Assembly: GCF_020745735.1 (NCBI RefSeq)
Contig: NC_083409.1
Location: 20,904,098-20,968,097 of the forward strand
Reading direction: 5' to 3'
DNA length: 64,000 bases
Source of the DNA: Hemiscyllium ocellatum
Lineage: Eukaryota
The notes beneath the pieces were generated by a model. The model saw nothing but the letters and a program-made list of their open reading frames with translations, had not been told where the DNA came from and searched no databases. Position numbers and translations under genes: made by a program. How positions within the stretch are numbered: position 1 is the stretch's first letter; every line of letters begins with the position of its first letter. Shown here piece by piece: positions 12,280-24,269 of the stretch.

Positions 12280-13800
12280 GGTCCATGTACTTCTTAATGG
12301 TTGTGAGGTGACCTACGTCGACACCCATCGTAGGAAGTGCATTCCAGACCACAACACTCTCTGGGGTGAAAAACAATTGTCAAATTCTCTCTAAACCTCA
12401 AAACCTTCACTTTAAATGTCTTATGCCTTGTTCTTGGCCTTGTGACTAAAATGAACAGCTGCAGTCTGTCCACCTTGTCCATGTCCATTGTAATCTTATC
12501 CTTCTAAATTACGTCCCCTTCAGCTCTATCTTTTCCAAAGTAAACAACGTGAGTTTATCCAATCTATCTTCATCCCCGATAAGCTCCATCCCAGGAAACA
12601 TCCTGGTGAATCTCCTGTTTACCCCCTCCAGTGCAATCACATTCTTCCTGTAATGTAGCTCCCAGAACTGCACGCAGCATTCTAGCTACGGCCAAACCAA
12701 TGGGGTGGTCAGATCATATTATGTATGCCTCGATGAACAAACAAAATGCCTACAGTCCCATATGGTTTCTTAACTAGCTTATTACCCTGTCCAATCACAT
12801 TCAGAGTTGTGTGGAGAAGTACCCTTCGAAATTCGTAGTGTGCTTCTTCTTCCAAAGTGCATCATCTCATATTTATCAGGGCTATATTCCATCTGCCATT
12901 GATCTGCCCATCTGACCATTCCAACTATATCTTCCTGTAAAATAAGGCCTTCCGCCTAACTGCCAACCACCTGGCTAATTTTGTGAACAATCACAAACTT
13001 ACCTATCACATGCCCCAATTATCCCCTCGCACGACCCCTCCACATTCACATCTACATCATTTATGCATACCACAAATAATAAAATACACTGCACTGCTCC
13101 CTGTGGTACACGAAAATATACTGGTCTATCTCCACCACATTTTCTGTAATGTGGGACCACATTAGCTGTTCTCCAGTCCTCTGGAACTTCCCTTCTGGTC
13201 AGATTTGACTTAAACATTTGGTCAGACCATTACCGAGAGGTAATTGTCTGAAACATTATCCTATGATACAACTCATGTGGATTTACATCATCCCAACTTG
13301 TATCTTAGTTGAGAGCTCTTAATGCATCTTCTCGAATTCTGTACCTGCATCCTCCGTTTCCCAGGTAAAACAGATAAGAAGCGCTCATGCAATAATCCAT
13401 CAATATTCTCCAACTTCACATAGTGATTGCCCCCTTGGTTTCTAATTGGCTCAAATTGTTCCCCGTTTATTCTGTTCTACTTGCTGGTTTTTTCGAGTAT
13501 ATTGGGATTCTCTCTAACCCTCCCTGCTGCACTTCTTCAAGCACCTGATTAGTAAGTCTCCTGTGTGTGAATTTTCTAAGTTTCCCTGTGATCACCTTTC
13601 ATTCTTTGAAGCAGTGCAGAACACAAGTGTAATTTCATGCGCACTCCATGCAACCTGTGCAGAACGTCTTTACTTCTATGTTCCCGTTCCATTTAAATAA
13701 AGGCCAACTTCACGTTCATCTTTCCATTTCCAAATGTCCTTCCTGAACCGCTTTGGTTTAATATTATTTACTACTCACTGTCTGAACTCTTAAATCTGAA
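12280..13800 (-). mobile_element. Fragmented CR1 LINE ORF2
   Basis: Antisense ORFs with EVPEDWRTANVVP and RPRTRHKTFKVK (the RTRGH motif of CR1 3' ends). Confidence 0.75.
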
Positions 13801-13902
13801 TATCTAACTATATCACATCTACTGGTTTTCCATTGTCTCTGTTTACAAGAAATAGCTTCAAACAATCTGTAAAAAAAAGTCATTTAAAGGTGATTTATTT
13901 TT

Positions 13903-15815
13903 GGGGGAGATCCAAGATATTGGCGACCCTGTAGGTTTGCCCTACTCTGTCCTACACCAGAACCCAGACAAAGTGATGCATTCACCTTCTCTTTCTTACC
14001 CATTGTGGTAAAAATACTGATCCCCCGTATTGCTGTATGTCACTTGAAGTGAGTAAGGAAAATGACTAAGGGTAAAGGACCACGTGGATCGCAACTAGCA
14101 GGCACTGCCCTGCAGCAACGAAATCGCCCGCGGCCGAGGCAGCAGCCTCTGTGAAACAGCCAAGGGACTTACCATTAGAGCAGAGTACGTAATGGTTATG
14201 AAGTACGTAAAACTCCAAGAGAAGATTGATTCAGGCATGGAGGAGACCTAGATAAGGCTGGAACCGATCTCGGCCATGCTGCAGAAGCATGACTCGGAGA
14301 TCCAGAGTCTCAGACGCATATCATGGAGGTTGAGCAGCGGACTATGTCCTCTGAAACTGCAGTGGAATCCTCAGCAGGTCGGGTCCAGGCCTTGGGATGG
14401 CGGGTACTGGGCGTGGAGGAGTAGGTCGACTTAGTAAATCGAGGCCATCATCAGAATATCTGCCTGGTCGGGCTGGCGGGACGAGAAGAAGAAGGCCACC
14501 CGTCAGTGTTTGGAGCAATGACTTCGGTAGTTTTTGAAGCTGGAATTCGAGGCGGGCCGGGTGTAGGTCGAGCAGACCCAGCAGATCACAATGCGCAAGC
14601 CCTGGTGAGACCTGCACCCCGCCCCATCCTTGTGAAACTCCTGTACTATGGAGAGAAACAAATGGTTCTCCAGCCTTGAGGAAGGATCCACAGGCTCTGA
14701 TATCCAAACGATCACAAATGATATTTTTCCAGGACTTTTCTACGGCCATGATCCACAAGAGTTAGGCCTTTGATAGGGTAAAAAGGAACCTGAGGGAATT
14801 GAATATTCAATATACTCGACAATATTTCATTTCAACCACGGAGGGTCTTTGTTTAATTTTGAAACACTAGAAAACGCAAAGGATTTCCTGGACACCTTAA
14901 GAGAGATTGGCTGTTTGAAATGGCATGGACTATTATGTTCTCTTTGTTTTCTCTGTGGTTTGCCTCGTTTACGTGGTTCTGCTTTCTTTTAATATGTGGG
15001 GATCCCATTCATTCCTCTTTCTCTGTTTTCTCCTTTCTTCCTCCCCTCCCATAAACCTTTTCTTTCTATAATTTCATTTTCGTTTCTCTCTCTTCGTACG
15101 GAATGGGGGCAGTGCTCGGGGTGTGGGGGGTGGGGGTGGTGGAGGGTTGCACTTCTTTTCACCAGGACTGCCTTGGATATGCATGTGACGGGTTGAGTGC
15201 CCACTTTTAATTTTCTTGTTGTAAGACACATGTAACTTTTTAAAGTTTGTTTTGTCTGTTTTTGGCGAGCAGCTTCAGCTAGTAGGAGCTAAGGAGGATT
15301 AGTGGGTAGTATGAGCGCTGACTGTGGGGAAGGAGGGAGAATCACCTCTTATTTGTGTATATGTTGGTTCATTGTACAAGAAGTTGTTAGGAGTTTTGAG
15401 TAGGTAGTTATTGCAGTTGTATTTTCAAGTTAAGACGAACTGTTTACCACATTTTCTCCGTGCATAATAAAAGGGGTCCTTCCTCACAGGGGGATCACGG
15501 GCTGTTTCGGATGGCCATGGCTAGCAGCTCGTTTCAATGCTGCTCCTGGAACATTAAACGGGATCATTCACCAATTGATGCTTTCAGTCCTTAATAAGTA
15601 AAGGATCAATGTAGCCTTGGTGCCAGAAAAAAAGACATCTAACCAATAAGGAACATATAAAGTTACAGATGAGGGTGTTTGGCTGGGTGTTATTATCATC
15701 CTTTAATTCAAAATGTAGAGGAGTAGATTTTCTCATTCAGAAGAAACTTCTACATCAGTTGTTTGCCCACATTAAGAACGAATGTCAGCTGTTTCTGATG
15801 CATAAAGCTTTATTA
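13903..15815 (+). mobile_element. L1 LINE 5' portion: decayed ORF1 plus start of ORF2 endonuclease
   Basis: Starts gggggagatccaagat. ORF1-like MTKGKG..., DLVNRGHHQNICLVGL, RPILVKLL, IFFQDFS. ORF2-like MASSS..CSWNIK and SSFNSKCRGV. Cut by a CR1 at about 15836. Confidence 0.75.
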
Positions 15816-15835
15816 CATGGAGAGGAACATGGGTG

Positions 15836-17470
15836 AGAGTCATAGAGTCATAGAGATGTACAGCATGGAAACAGACCCTTTGGTCCAACCCATTCATGCC
15901 GACAGATATCCCAACCCAATCTCGTCCCACCTGCCAGCACGAAGACCATATCCCTGTAAATCTTTCAAATTCATATACCCATCGAAATGTCTCTTAAATG
16001 TTACAGTTTTACCAGCCTCCACCATTTCCTCTGGTAGCTCATTCCATACACGAACCACCTTTGGAAAGTTGCCTATCAGGTCTCTTTTATATCTTTCCCC
16101 TCTCACTCTAAACCTATGCCCTCTAGTTCTGGACTCTCCAACCCCATGGAAAATGTTTTGACTATTTACCCTATCCATGCCCCTCATAATTTTGTGTAAC
16201 TCTTTAAGGTCTCCACTCAGCCTCCGACGCACCAAAGAAAACAGTCCCAGCCTGTACAGCCTCTCCTTATAGCTGAAATCCTCCAACCCTGGCAACATCC
16301 TTGTAAATGTTTTCTGAACTCTTTCAGGTTTCACAACATTTTTTCCGATAGGAAGGAAACCAGAATTACTCAAAATATTCCAACAGTCGCCTAAACAATG
16401 CCCTTTACAACTGCAACATGACCTCCCAACTCATGTACTCAGTACTCTGAACAACAAAAGAAAGCATACCAAACGCTTTTTTCACTATCCTATCTATCTT
16501 CGACTCCACATTCAAGGAGCTATGAACCTGCACTCCAAGGTATCTTTGTTCAGCAACACCACGTAGGACCTTACCATTAAGTTTATAAGTCCTGCGAAGA
16601 TTTGCTTTCCCAAAATGCAGCACCTCGCATTTATCTGAATAAAACTCCATCCGACACTTCTCAGCCCATTGGCCCATCTGGTCCAGATCTGTTGTAATCT
16701 GAGGAAACCCTCTTCGCTGTCGACTACACCTACAATTTTGGTGTCATCTGCAAATTTACTAACTGTATCTCTTATGCTCGCATCCATATCATTTATGTAA
16801 ATACCAAAACGTAGAGGACCCAGCACCAATCCTTGTGGCAATCTACCAGTCACAGGCCTCCATTCTGAAAAACAACCCTCCACCACCACCCTCTGTCTTC
16901 TACCTTTGAGCCAGTTCTGTATCGAAATGGTTAGTTCCCCCTGTATTCCATGAGATCTAACCTTGCTAATCAGTCTGTCATGGGGAAACTTGTCGAACTC
17001 CTTACTGAAGTCAACATAGATCACATCCACTGCTCTGCCCTCATAAATCCATTATGTTACTTCTTCAAAAAACCCAATCAAGTTTTTGAGACATGATTTC
17101 CCACGCACAAAGCCATGTTGACTATCCCGAATCAGTCCTTGTCTTTCCAAATACATGTACATCCTGTCCTTCAGGATCCCTCCAACAACATGCCCACCAC
17201 AGAGGTCAGGCTCACCGATCTATAGATCCCTGGTTTGTCTTTACAGCCCTTCTTAAGCAGTGGCACCACGTTTGCCCCAACCTCCAGTCTTCTGGCACCT
17301 CACGTGCCACTATCGATGATACAAATACCTCAGCAAGGGGCCCAGCAATCTCTTCTCGAGCTTCCCACAGAGTTCTCGGGTACACTTGATCAGGACCTGG
17401 TGATTTATCCACCTTTAACCGTTTCAAGACATCCAGCACTTCCTCCTCTGTAATCTGGACATTTTGCAAG
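15836..17470 (-). mobile_element. CR1 LINE RT to 3' end, relatively well preserved
   Basis: ORFs with KSPGPDQVYPRTLWEAREEI, VIYVDFSKEFDKFPH, LPQGLVLGP, KFADDTK and RTRGHRFRV. The tail gagtcatagagtcatagag marks the 3' end. Confidence 0.92.
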
Positions 17471-17875
17471 ATGTGGCCTCCTCTATCTTGGGGAGACAGG
17501 CCACTTACTTGCGGAATGTTTCAGAGAACACCTCTGGGACACCCAGACCAACCAACCCAACCACCCTCCACATTCAACTCCCCCACCTTGTCTCAGTCCT
17601 ATCCCTCGAACTCAGCACCACCTTCCTAACCTGCAATCTTCTTCCTGACCTCTCTGACCCCACCCCCACTCCGGCCTATCACCCTCACCTCAAGTTCCTT
17701 CGACCTATCGTATTTCCAACGCCCCTTCCCCAAGTCCCTCCTCCCTATCTTTTATCTTATCCTGCTTGGCACACTCTCCTTATTCCTGAAGAAGTGCTCA
17801 TGCCCGAAACGTCGATTCTCCTGCTCCTTGGTTGCTGCTTGACCTGCTGCGCTTTTCCAGCAACACATTTTCAGC
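17470..17875 (+). mobile_element. Penelope-like 3' fragment with slightly degenerate hammerhead (17782-17817)
   Basis: Same family as 4485-5332. Reads CTGAAGA-A-GTGC-TCAT-GCCC-GAAA-C-GTC. Confidence 0.85.
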
Positions 17876-19429
17876 CCATACTTGCAAGGTTTTCAGCACA
17901 AGAGTTAGAAGTGAGATAGGAAACACTTCTTTACTGAGAGAGTTATTAGGATTTAGAATGCTCTTCCTGGGAGAGTTGTGAATGAAGATTCAAAAGGGAA
18001 CTGGATATATATTCGTAAGTTACAAATGCAAAGGGCCAGAGAGACCGGGTCGCAAATGGGAGAAATTTGGGAGACATTTCCGGAGCTGATGCATTTACAG
18101 TACCCCAGTACCCTCCTTCTGTCCATTAAAGTTCTGTACTCTATCATGTACAGACGCAAGTCAACATCAGTATCTGATTATTTCCTGTTGTAAATGCTGG
18201 CAAATATTTGATCATATTTGCTGCAGCATAACCATTTAAAATGCAAGTATTGCAAGGTCAGCTTGATGATGCAGACTACTTAGTACTCAGCGCATGAATA
18301 TTTCAAATCCAATGATTAAAACAAATTATTCTTTGCTTTGGCATAAAACACTTTGTAAACGTTTGACTTTTCACTCAAACGGAAATACGTTCATCGTTTT
18401 TATTCACTAACCAAATTTTGCATTAAATGCCATTCATTCTTTAAAATATGCAAGATTTCAAATTATTGTTCTCTACAATGTAATATCACAAATCATTCAT
18501 TTATGTTAACATATACATTGCATGTTGAGATATTGTCGTTTCTCAATTGTTGGTAAATAGCTGAAGCTCGTACATTTAACTGACAAATTAAACTAATTGC
18601 TACTTAACTATATCAGAACGCTATTTCGATATGATTGTTCAATCATTTTCTCAATCTGAATCTATAATTGCTCAGACACCAACCACTTTCTAAATGTTGG
18701 TGTGACAATGTATCTGTTTGAATACCGATAATGAATATGTAATTGTGATCACGTCTATAGTCAGATAGCATATTCTTTGTTCGATATAAAATAAAATGTA
18801 CATTCTTCACTTTTGAATCATGAAATGTTGACAGGAGTTTGTATATTAGTTCCATAAATCTAATATCAAGCTAATTGCTTGAAGAAAGGATGCAATTATT
18901 GCTCAGTTGAAAAATCATCCTTCTCAACTCATTAAACTCATGAAACATGGCAAATATCTGATTTTTTTTCGGATCAATAAACTCATCACCTTGCAATCAT
19001 AACCTTCGTTGAAAACAGTTTTAGAAGGATCTGAATTCAGGCAGAGTGTGACTGAAATCATAGCAGCCTGTGGCACTTCGTTAGATACTGGCCTGCACCT
19101 AAATGTATCCAGAGCATTACTACGTTGTTCAGGGCAGTCATTCAAGCATTATTTCACAGCAAATCATTTGGAATCCATATTGGGCCGGGGGGAAACTAGC
19201 CAACAGGCTATCACTGGTCTCTGTGTAAGTATAAATGCTGTCCAAATTAGGCATCAATGATTGGCTAGCAACCATGATTTACAAATTCATTTTCAGTCAG
19301 ACCCTGGCCCAGAGAGCAGATGCGTGGACATGGAGTGTCAGAAGCACAAATTGCTTACGGTGATAACATCTTGCCTACCTCCCAGACTCCATACATCTGT
19401 GACCTGGACAGTCATTGAATGGAGATGTT

Positions 19430-20520
19430 AACAAGGTGAAAGAGAAGACAGCAGATGCTGGAGGTTAGAGACGTGAAGGATCAACTGGAAAAGCACAGCA
19501 GCTCAGGAACCATCCAAAGGGGAAGGAAAATCAACGTTTTGGTCAAAACCTCTTCATCAGCAATAAGACAGGGAGCCATGATGGTGGAGAGATAAATATG
19601 AGGGGGTGAGGCTCGGTAAACGTAACTGAGAGTGCGATAGTTGGATGGAGGTGTGAGTAATGGTAATATATCGGAGGGGAGGGTGGAGTGGATAGGTGGG
19701 CAGGAATATGGACAGCTGGGCACGGTGGCTCAGTGGTTAGCACTCCTACCACACAGTGCCACGGGCCAGTTTCGATTCCAGCCTCAGGCTGTGTGGAGTT
19801 TGCACGTTCTCCCATGTGTCTGCATAGGTTTCCTCCGGGTGTTCAGGTTTTCTCCCACGTTCCAAAGATGTGCAGACCAAGTAAATTGGCCATGCTAAAT
19901 TGCCCATAGTTGTAGGTGCATTGGTCAGAGGGAAACGGTTTACTCTTCGGTGGTTTGGTATGGATTTGTTGGGCCAAAGGGCCTGCTTCCACTCTATAGG
20001 GAGTCTAAAAGAAGTACCCTTTCCCACTTTGAATAAAAAAGATGGGACAGGTCGTGAGGGCTGTGCGAAGCTGTAAGTTTGGAACTGTGATAAGGTGGGA
20101 GGAGGGGAAATGAGGAAACTGGTGAAATCCAAATTGATACCATAGGGTTGGAGGGTCCCGAGTTTGAATGCGGTGGCAAGGAAGTGGCGATGGATGAAAC
20201 CCTGGACCTGCATGTCCTCAGCAGAGTGGGAGGGGTGTTTGAAGCGAACGGCCACAGGGCAGTGGGGCTGGATGGTGCGGGTGCTCCAGAGATATTCTCT
20301 GAAGTGCTGTGCGAGTAGATGTCCTATCTGACCAACGGATAGAATACCGCATTAGGAGCAACGAACACAGCAGCTGACATGTGTGGAACTGTAGGTGAAA
20401 CCTTGATGGATGGGGAAAGATGTTTGAGGCCTTGGGCGGGGGGGAGGTGTAGGCACAGGTCTTGCAATTCCTGTGGTGGCAGGGAAAGGTGCCTGGATAG
20501 GAGGATGAATTGTTGGGCGC
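19430..20520 (-). mobile_element. Penelope-like fragment interrupted by an HE1 SINE
   Basis: FKLGTLQPYGINLDFTSFL and CHHRNCKTCAYTS. The tail has a mutated hammerhead (CTGATGA...AAAAC) at 19531-19564. Confidence 0.8.
19718..20010 (+). mobile_element. HE1-type tRNA-derived SINE
   Basis: gggcacggtggctcagtggttagcact head and tgtgtggagtttgcacgttctccc core. Confidence 0.85.
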
Positions 20521-20809
20521 CTGACGATCACTACCTACTTTTATCCTGTATTCTGCATTCAAAGTCGATTGTCCAGAATGAATCGCTTCACACTTTCCCA
20601 GGTTGAAATCCACCTGCCACTTATCAGCCCAGTTCTTCATCCTGTCAATGTCCTAGTACGAACTACAACAGCCCCACAGTAGCCACAATTCCACCAACCA
20701 TTTTTTACAACGAAAAATGTAATAACCCACCCTTCCACTCCCTCAACCAAATCATTGATAAAAAAAACGCAAACAACAGAACGGAACCCCACTTTTCACC
20801 GAGCTCCAG

Positions 20810-21118
20810 AGTGAATAGATTGGATCACTTACAGGGAGGAAGCAGGTCCTTTGGCCCAACAAGTCCACAACGAAGCACAACCCACCCAGGCCCATTCCAG
20901 TACACCTAACACTGCAGGCAATTTAGCATTTCCAAATCATTTAGCCTGCACATCTTTGGACTGTGGGAGGTAAACCGGAGCATCTAGAGGAAACCCACGC
21001 AGACACGGGGAGAACCTGTGTAAACTCCACACAGTTAGTCGCCTGAGGTGGGAATTGAGCCCAGGTTTCTGGCGCTGTGAGGCTGCAGTGCTAATCACTG
21101 TGCCACCGTGGCGGCCAC
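20810..21118 (-). mobile_element. HE1-type SINE
   Basis: Reverse complement of the same head, core and tail. Confidence 0.85.
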
Positions 21119-21119
21119 G

Positions 21120-21620
21120 TCTCATGCTTCCCATTTACCACCGCTTTGTGTCTCTATGGGTCAGCCAATTCTGTATCCAGATACAGGTTTCCCTGTATCC
21201 TATGCCTGCTTACTTTCTGAATGAACCTACCATGGGGAACGTGATCAAGCGCCTTGTTAAAATCCATGCAGACCGCATCCACTGCTCGACCTTCTTCAAT
21301 GTGTTTGATCCCATCCTCAAAGAATTCAATCAGGTTTGTGAGGCATGACTTCCTATTTCTATACAAACGATGTTTTTCCAAGTAATCATAAAGTCTGTCT
21401 CTCAGAATCCTCTCCACTAATTTGCGCAACACTGATGGATGACTGACTGGACTGTAATTCTCAGGATTAGCCCTACTCCCTTGCCTGAACAAAGGAGTAA
21501 CATTTGCCACTCTCAATCATCTCTCACTACTCCAATGGAGATTGAAGACGCAAAGATCATCGCCAAAGAGACATAAATCTCTTTCCTCTCTTCCTGTAGC
21601 AACCTAAGGTATTTCCTCAC
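21120..21620 (-). mobile_element. CR1 RT fragment
   Basis: ORF 21154-21516: ANVTPLFRQGSR, SCLTNLIEFFE, MDFNKALDHVPH. Confidence 0.85.
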
Positions 21621-21799
21621 TGGCCCAGGAGATTTATCTCTCCTCATGTTTGTATTTCAATTAGTCGGTAATTCACCTCAAGTTGTCTACACCTGTCCAA
21701 CCAACTGATTGACAACTTTCATTTTCAGGGTTATATACCATGCTGCTTCACTGAGCACGTATGTTTTGCAATATCCTCTGAATCATGGAATGAAAAATA

Positions 21800-21945
21800 T
21801 GGGAAGGCTTGAATGTGTTCCTGATGAAGAGATGAAGGCCAAATCTTTGACTCTCTTGCTCCTCAGATGTTGCCTGACGGGCTGTTCGTTTTCAGTACCA
21901 CACGTTTTGACTTTGATCTCCAGCATCTGCCGTCCTCATTTTCCC
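21800..21945 (+). mobile_element. Penelope-like 3' tail
   Basis: cctgatgaagag...tgatctccagcatctgc. Confidence 0.7.
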
Positions 21946-22299
21946 TATTACTGACGGCTGTCACACCTGCACACTGAGCAGGGAATTAATCAGCAGAAAC
22001 TCATTGTATGTTGAGAAGACTGCTCAGTAGTGGAAAATTGCATTTGATTAATGCATTTATTAAAAACTAAATTGCATTTCAACAAATATTAATTCAGTCC
22101 CAGAGTTACAGTTTTGGTTCATGAATTGGGCAGCTTGATACCGAACACTAATTGATTGGACAACTCTGTGGTACAGAGGATTCCAGATGCTATATTCCAG
22201 ATTGTATGTGCTTTACCTTCATGCTGGGAATATTATCGGACAGACAGATGTGATAAGGGAACAAGGTGACATGTGAAAATGTGACACTTATGCCATTAC

Positions 22300-23900
22300 A
22301 GAGATATGTTTGAGGGAGGTCAGGGCTGACTCCTCAATATGCTGTGGTATAAGACGTATAGGCAGGACAGGAGAGGGGTAAAAGAGGAGTTGGTGTTGCA
22401 CTATTAGTTATGGAGTCATTTACTACAGTAAGGAGGGACAATATCTTGGAATAATCTTCTAATGAGGCTTTGAGGATAGAGCTCAGGATCAAAACCATTG
22501 CAGAGGCACTGCTGGGGATATATTATAGAACTGGAGATAAAATAAAGCACAGGAGCAAATATATAACCAATTTACTGAGGTGTGTAAAAAGAATAATAGG
22601 ATTGTTACATACAGGCATTTCATTTCCAAACATTCATTCGGGCAGTGATAATTTTTCAAGAGGGGATAGATGCCTTGAAATTTATTCCAGACAGCTTCTT
22701 ATATCAACATGTAGCTGATACAACAACAGGTGGGTCAATGCTGGGCCTCACTGTGCGGAACGAAGCCAGTTAGGATATCGCAGACAGGATTGGGAGAGCA
22801 TTATACGACCAGTGACCGTGATATCATAAGTTTAAGTTTGTTAAGGAAAATATTAAAAACAAAATCTGGAAAATAAAAGGTTAATGGATTGGGGAGACCG
22901 AATTTATGAAAGAAAAGACAGGATTTGGCCAAAGTGCAGTGGTTTCTGGGTGAAACTGTAGCAGAACAGCATGTGGCGGGGGCATGGGAGATAACTTGAT
23001 CAAAATGGAATTAATGAGAGTGTCCGTCCAACATGTTACACTGAAGATGAAAATTCGGAAAACAAGCCCAGAGAACCTCGGATGTCAACAAACATTCTGA
23101 ACAAGATGAAAAACGAAGGAGAGATTAAAGTAGGTACAATGTGAGCAGGTCAATGGATGCACTAAAAGAATAAAGTAAATGGAGGGCTCAACTTAAAAAG
23201 TGAGTCGAAAAGCAGAATGGGAATTGGCATAAAACAATAATGGGTAAGATTAACATTAATCCAAAGACATTTTATCAGTTTATTAAGAGGAAGAGGATAA
23301 CTACAAAAAGGGGGAGTATGAGAGTCCAATTGGGGCAGCCTGTGCACGGAGCCGTAGAATATGTTAAACACGCGCTTCATATCGGTCTTCAGTTTGAGGA
23401 AGCCGTTCCTGGATTCAGGGAGAATGACTGTGTGGTCCTTGAACGAATTGATGTAAAGCCAAGGAAGAATTGCAAGTTTATGTATGGTATACAGTGGGCA
23501 AATACCCACATCTGAATGAGCTGCATCTTAGGCTGATGTGGAAGATGAGGGAGAAGATTACAGGTTCTGAAATTTTCATCTTTTTTGGCCTCTTGCCACA
23601 GAGTAGTGTGATAGGACACGTTAACATCTAATGTCGGCACAATTCACAAAGAGTGCTAGAAATAAGGCAACAATTGTAGTAATTCCTGAGAGCTGTTGAG
23701 GCTAGATCATTAAATATTTTGAAGACTGTGTCAGACTCATTTTTAAACAAGGGTTAGTTGTGGGTAAAAGGCATGAAAGTAGAATGTGGGATTATCAGCA
23801 TAAATATAACCGAATTGAACATGACAGCAGACTCAGTGAGCGGTTAGGCATAATGTTACTCCTACGTGTAATGTTTTTTTTTGCAATATCCCTGTATTCG
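22300..23900 (+). mobile_element. Highly decayed CR1 LINE (endonuclease to 3' end, with deletions)
   Basis: Endonuclease phrases (gccattacagagat, LLGIYYR) and INPKTFYQFIKRKR, followed by CR1 3' end remnants. Confidence 0.7.
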
Positions 23901-24269
23901 AACTTTAACCTCCCTCCCTTTGGAGTGAGACACAGATTGGAATGCAATTGACGGATGCAAGGAATTCATAAATACAGTACTAATAGACAGAAATGACCAG
24001 AAGACTGCGTCAACGCAGATTGGCTGTTGGGATGAATGTTTGCATCAGCGCAATCACCTTTACCAGGAGGAAGACCTTAGTAAGACCTGCCGTGGAGAGC
24101 AGGTTATCATGGGTTTGGTATCAATGAGTGTGTAAGCCACAAATATACATCACTGTCGTGTCTCCCTAATTTCCTGACTAAAAGTAAATGTGGTGGAGTA
24201 GTGAAATTACAGTTGGTAGGAGACTAAGTAGTATTTCATTGAATTGAGAGTCTTCAGAGAGCAGCAGCT

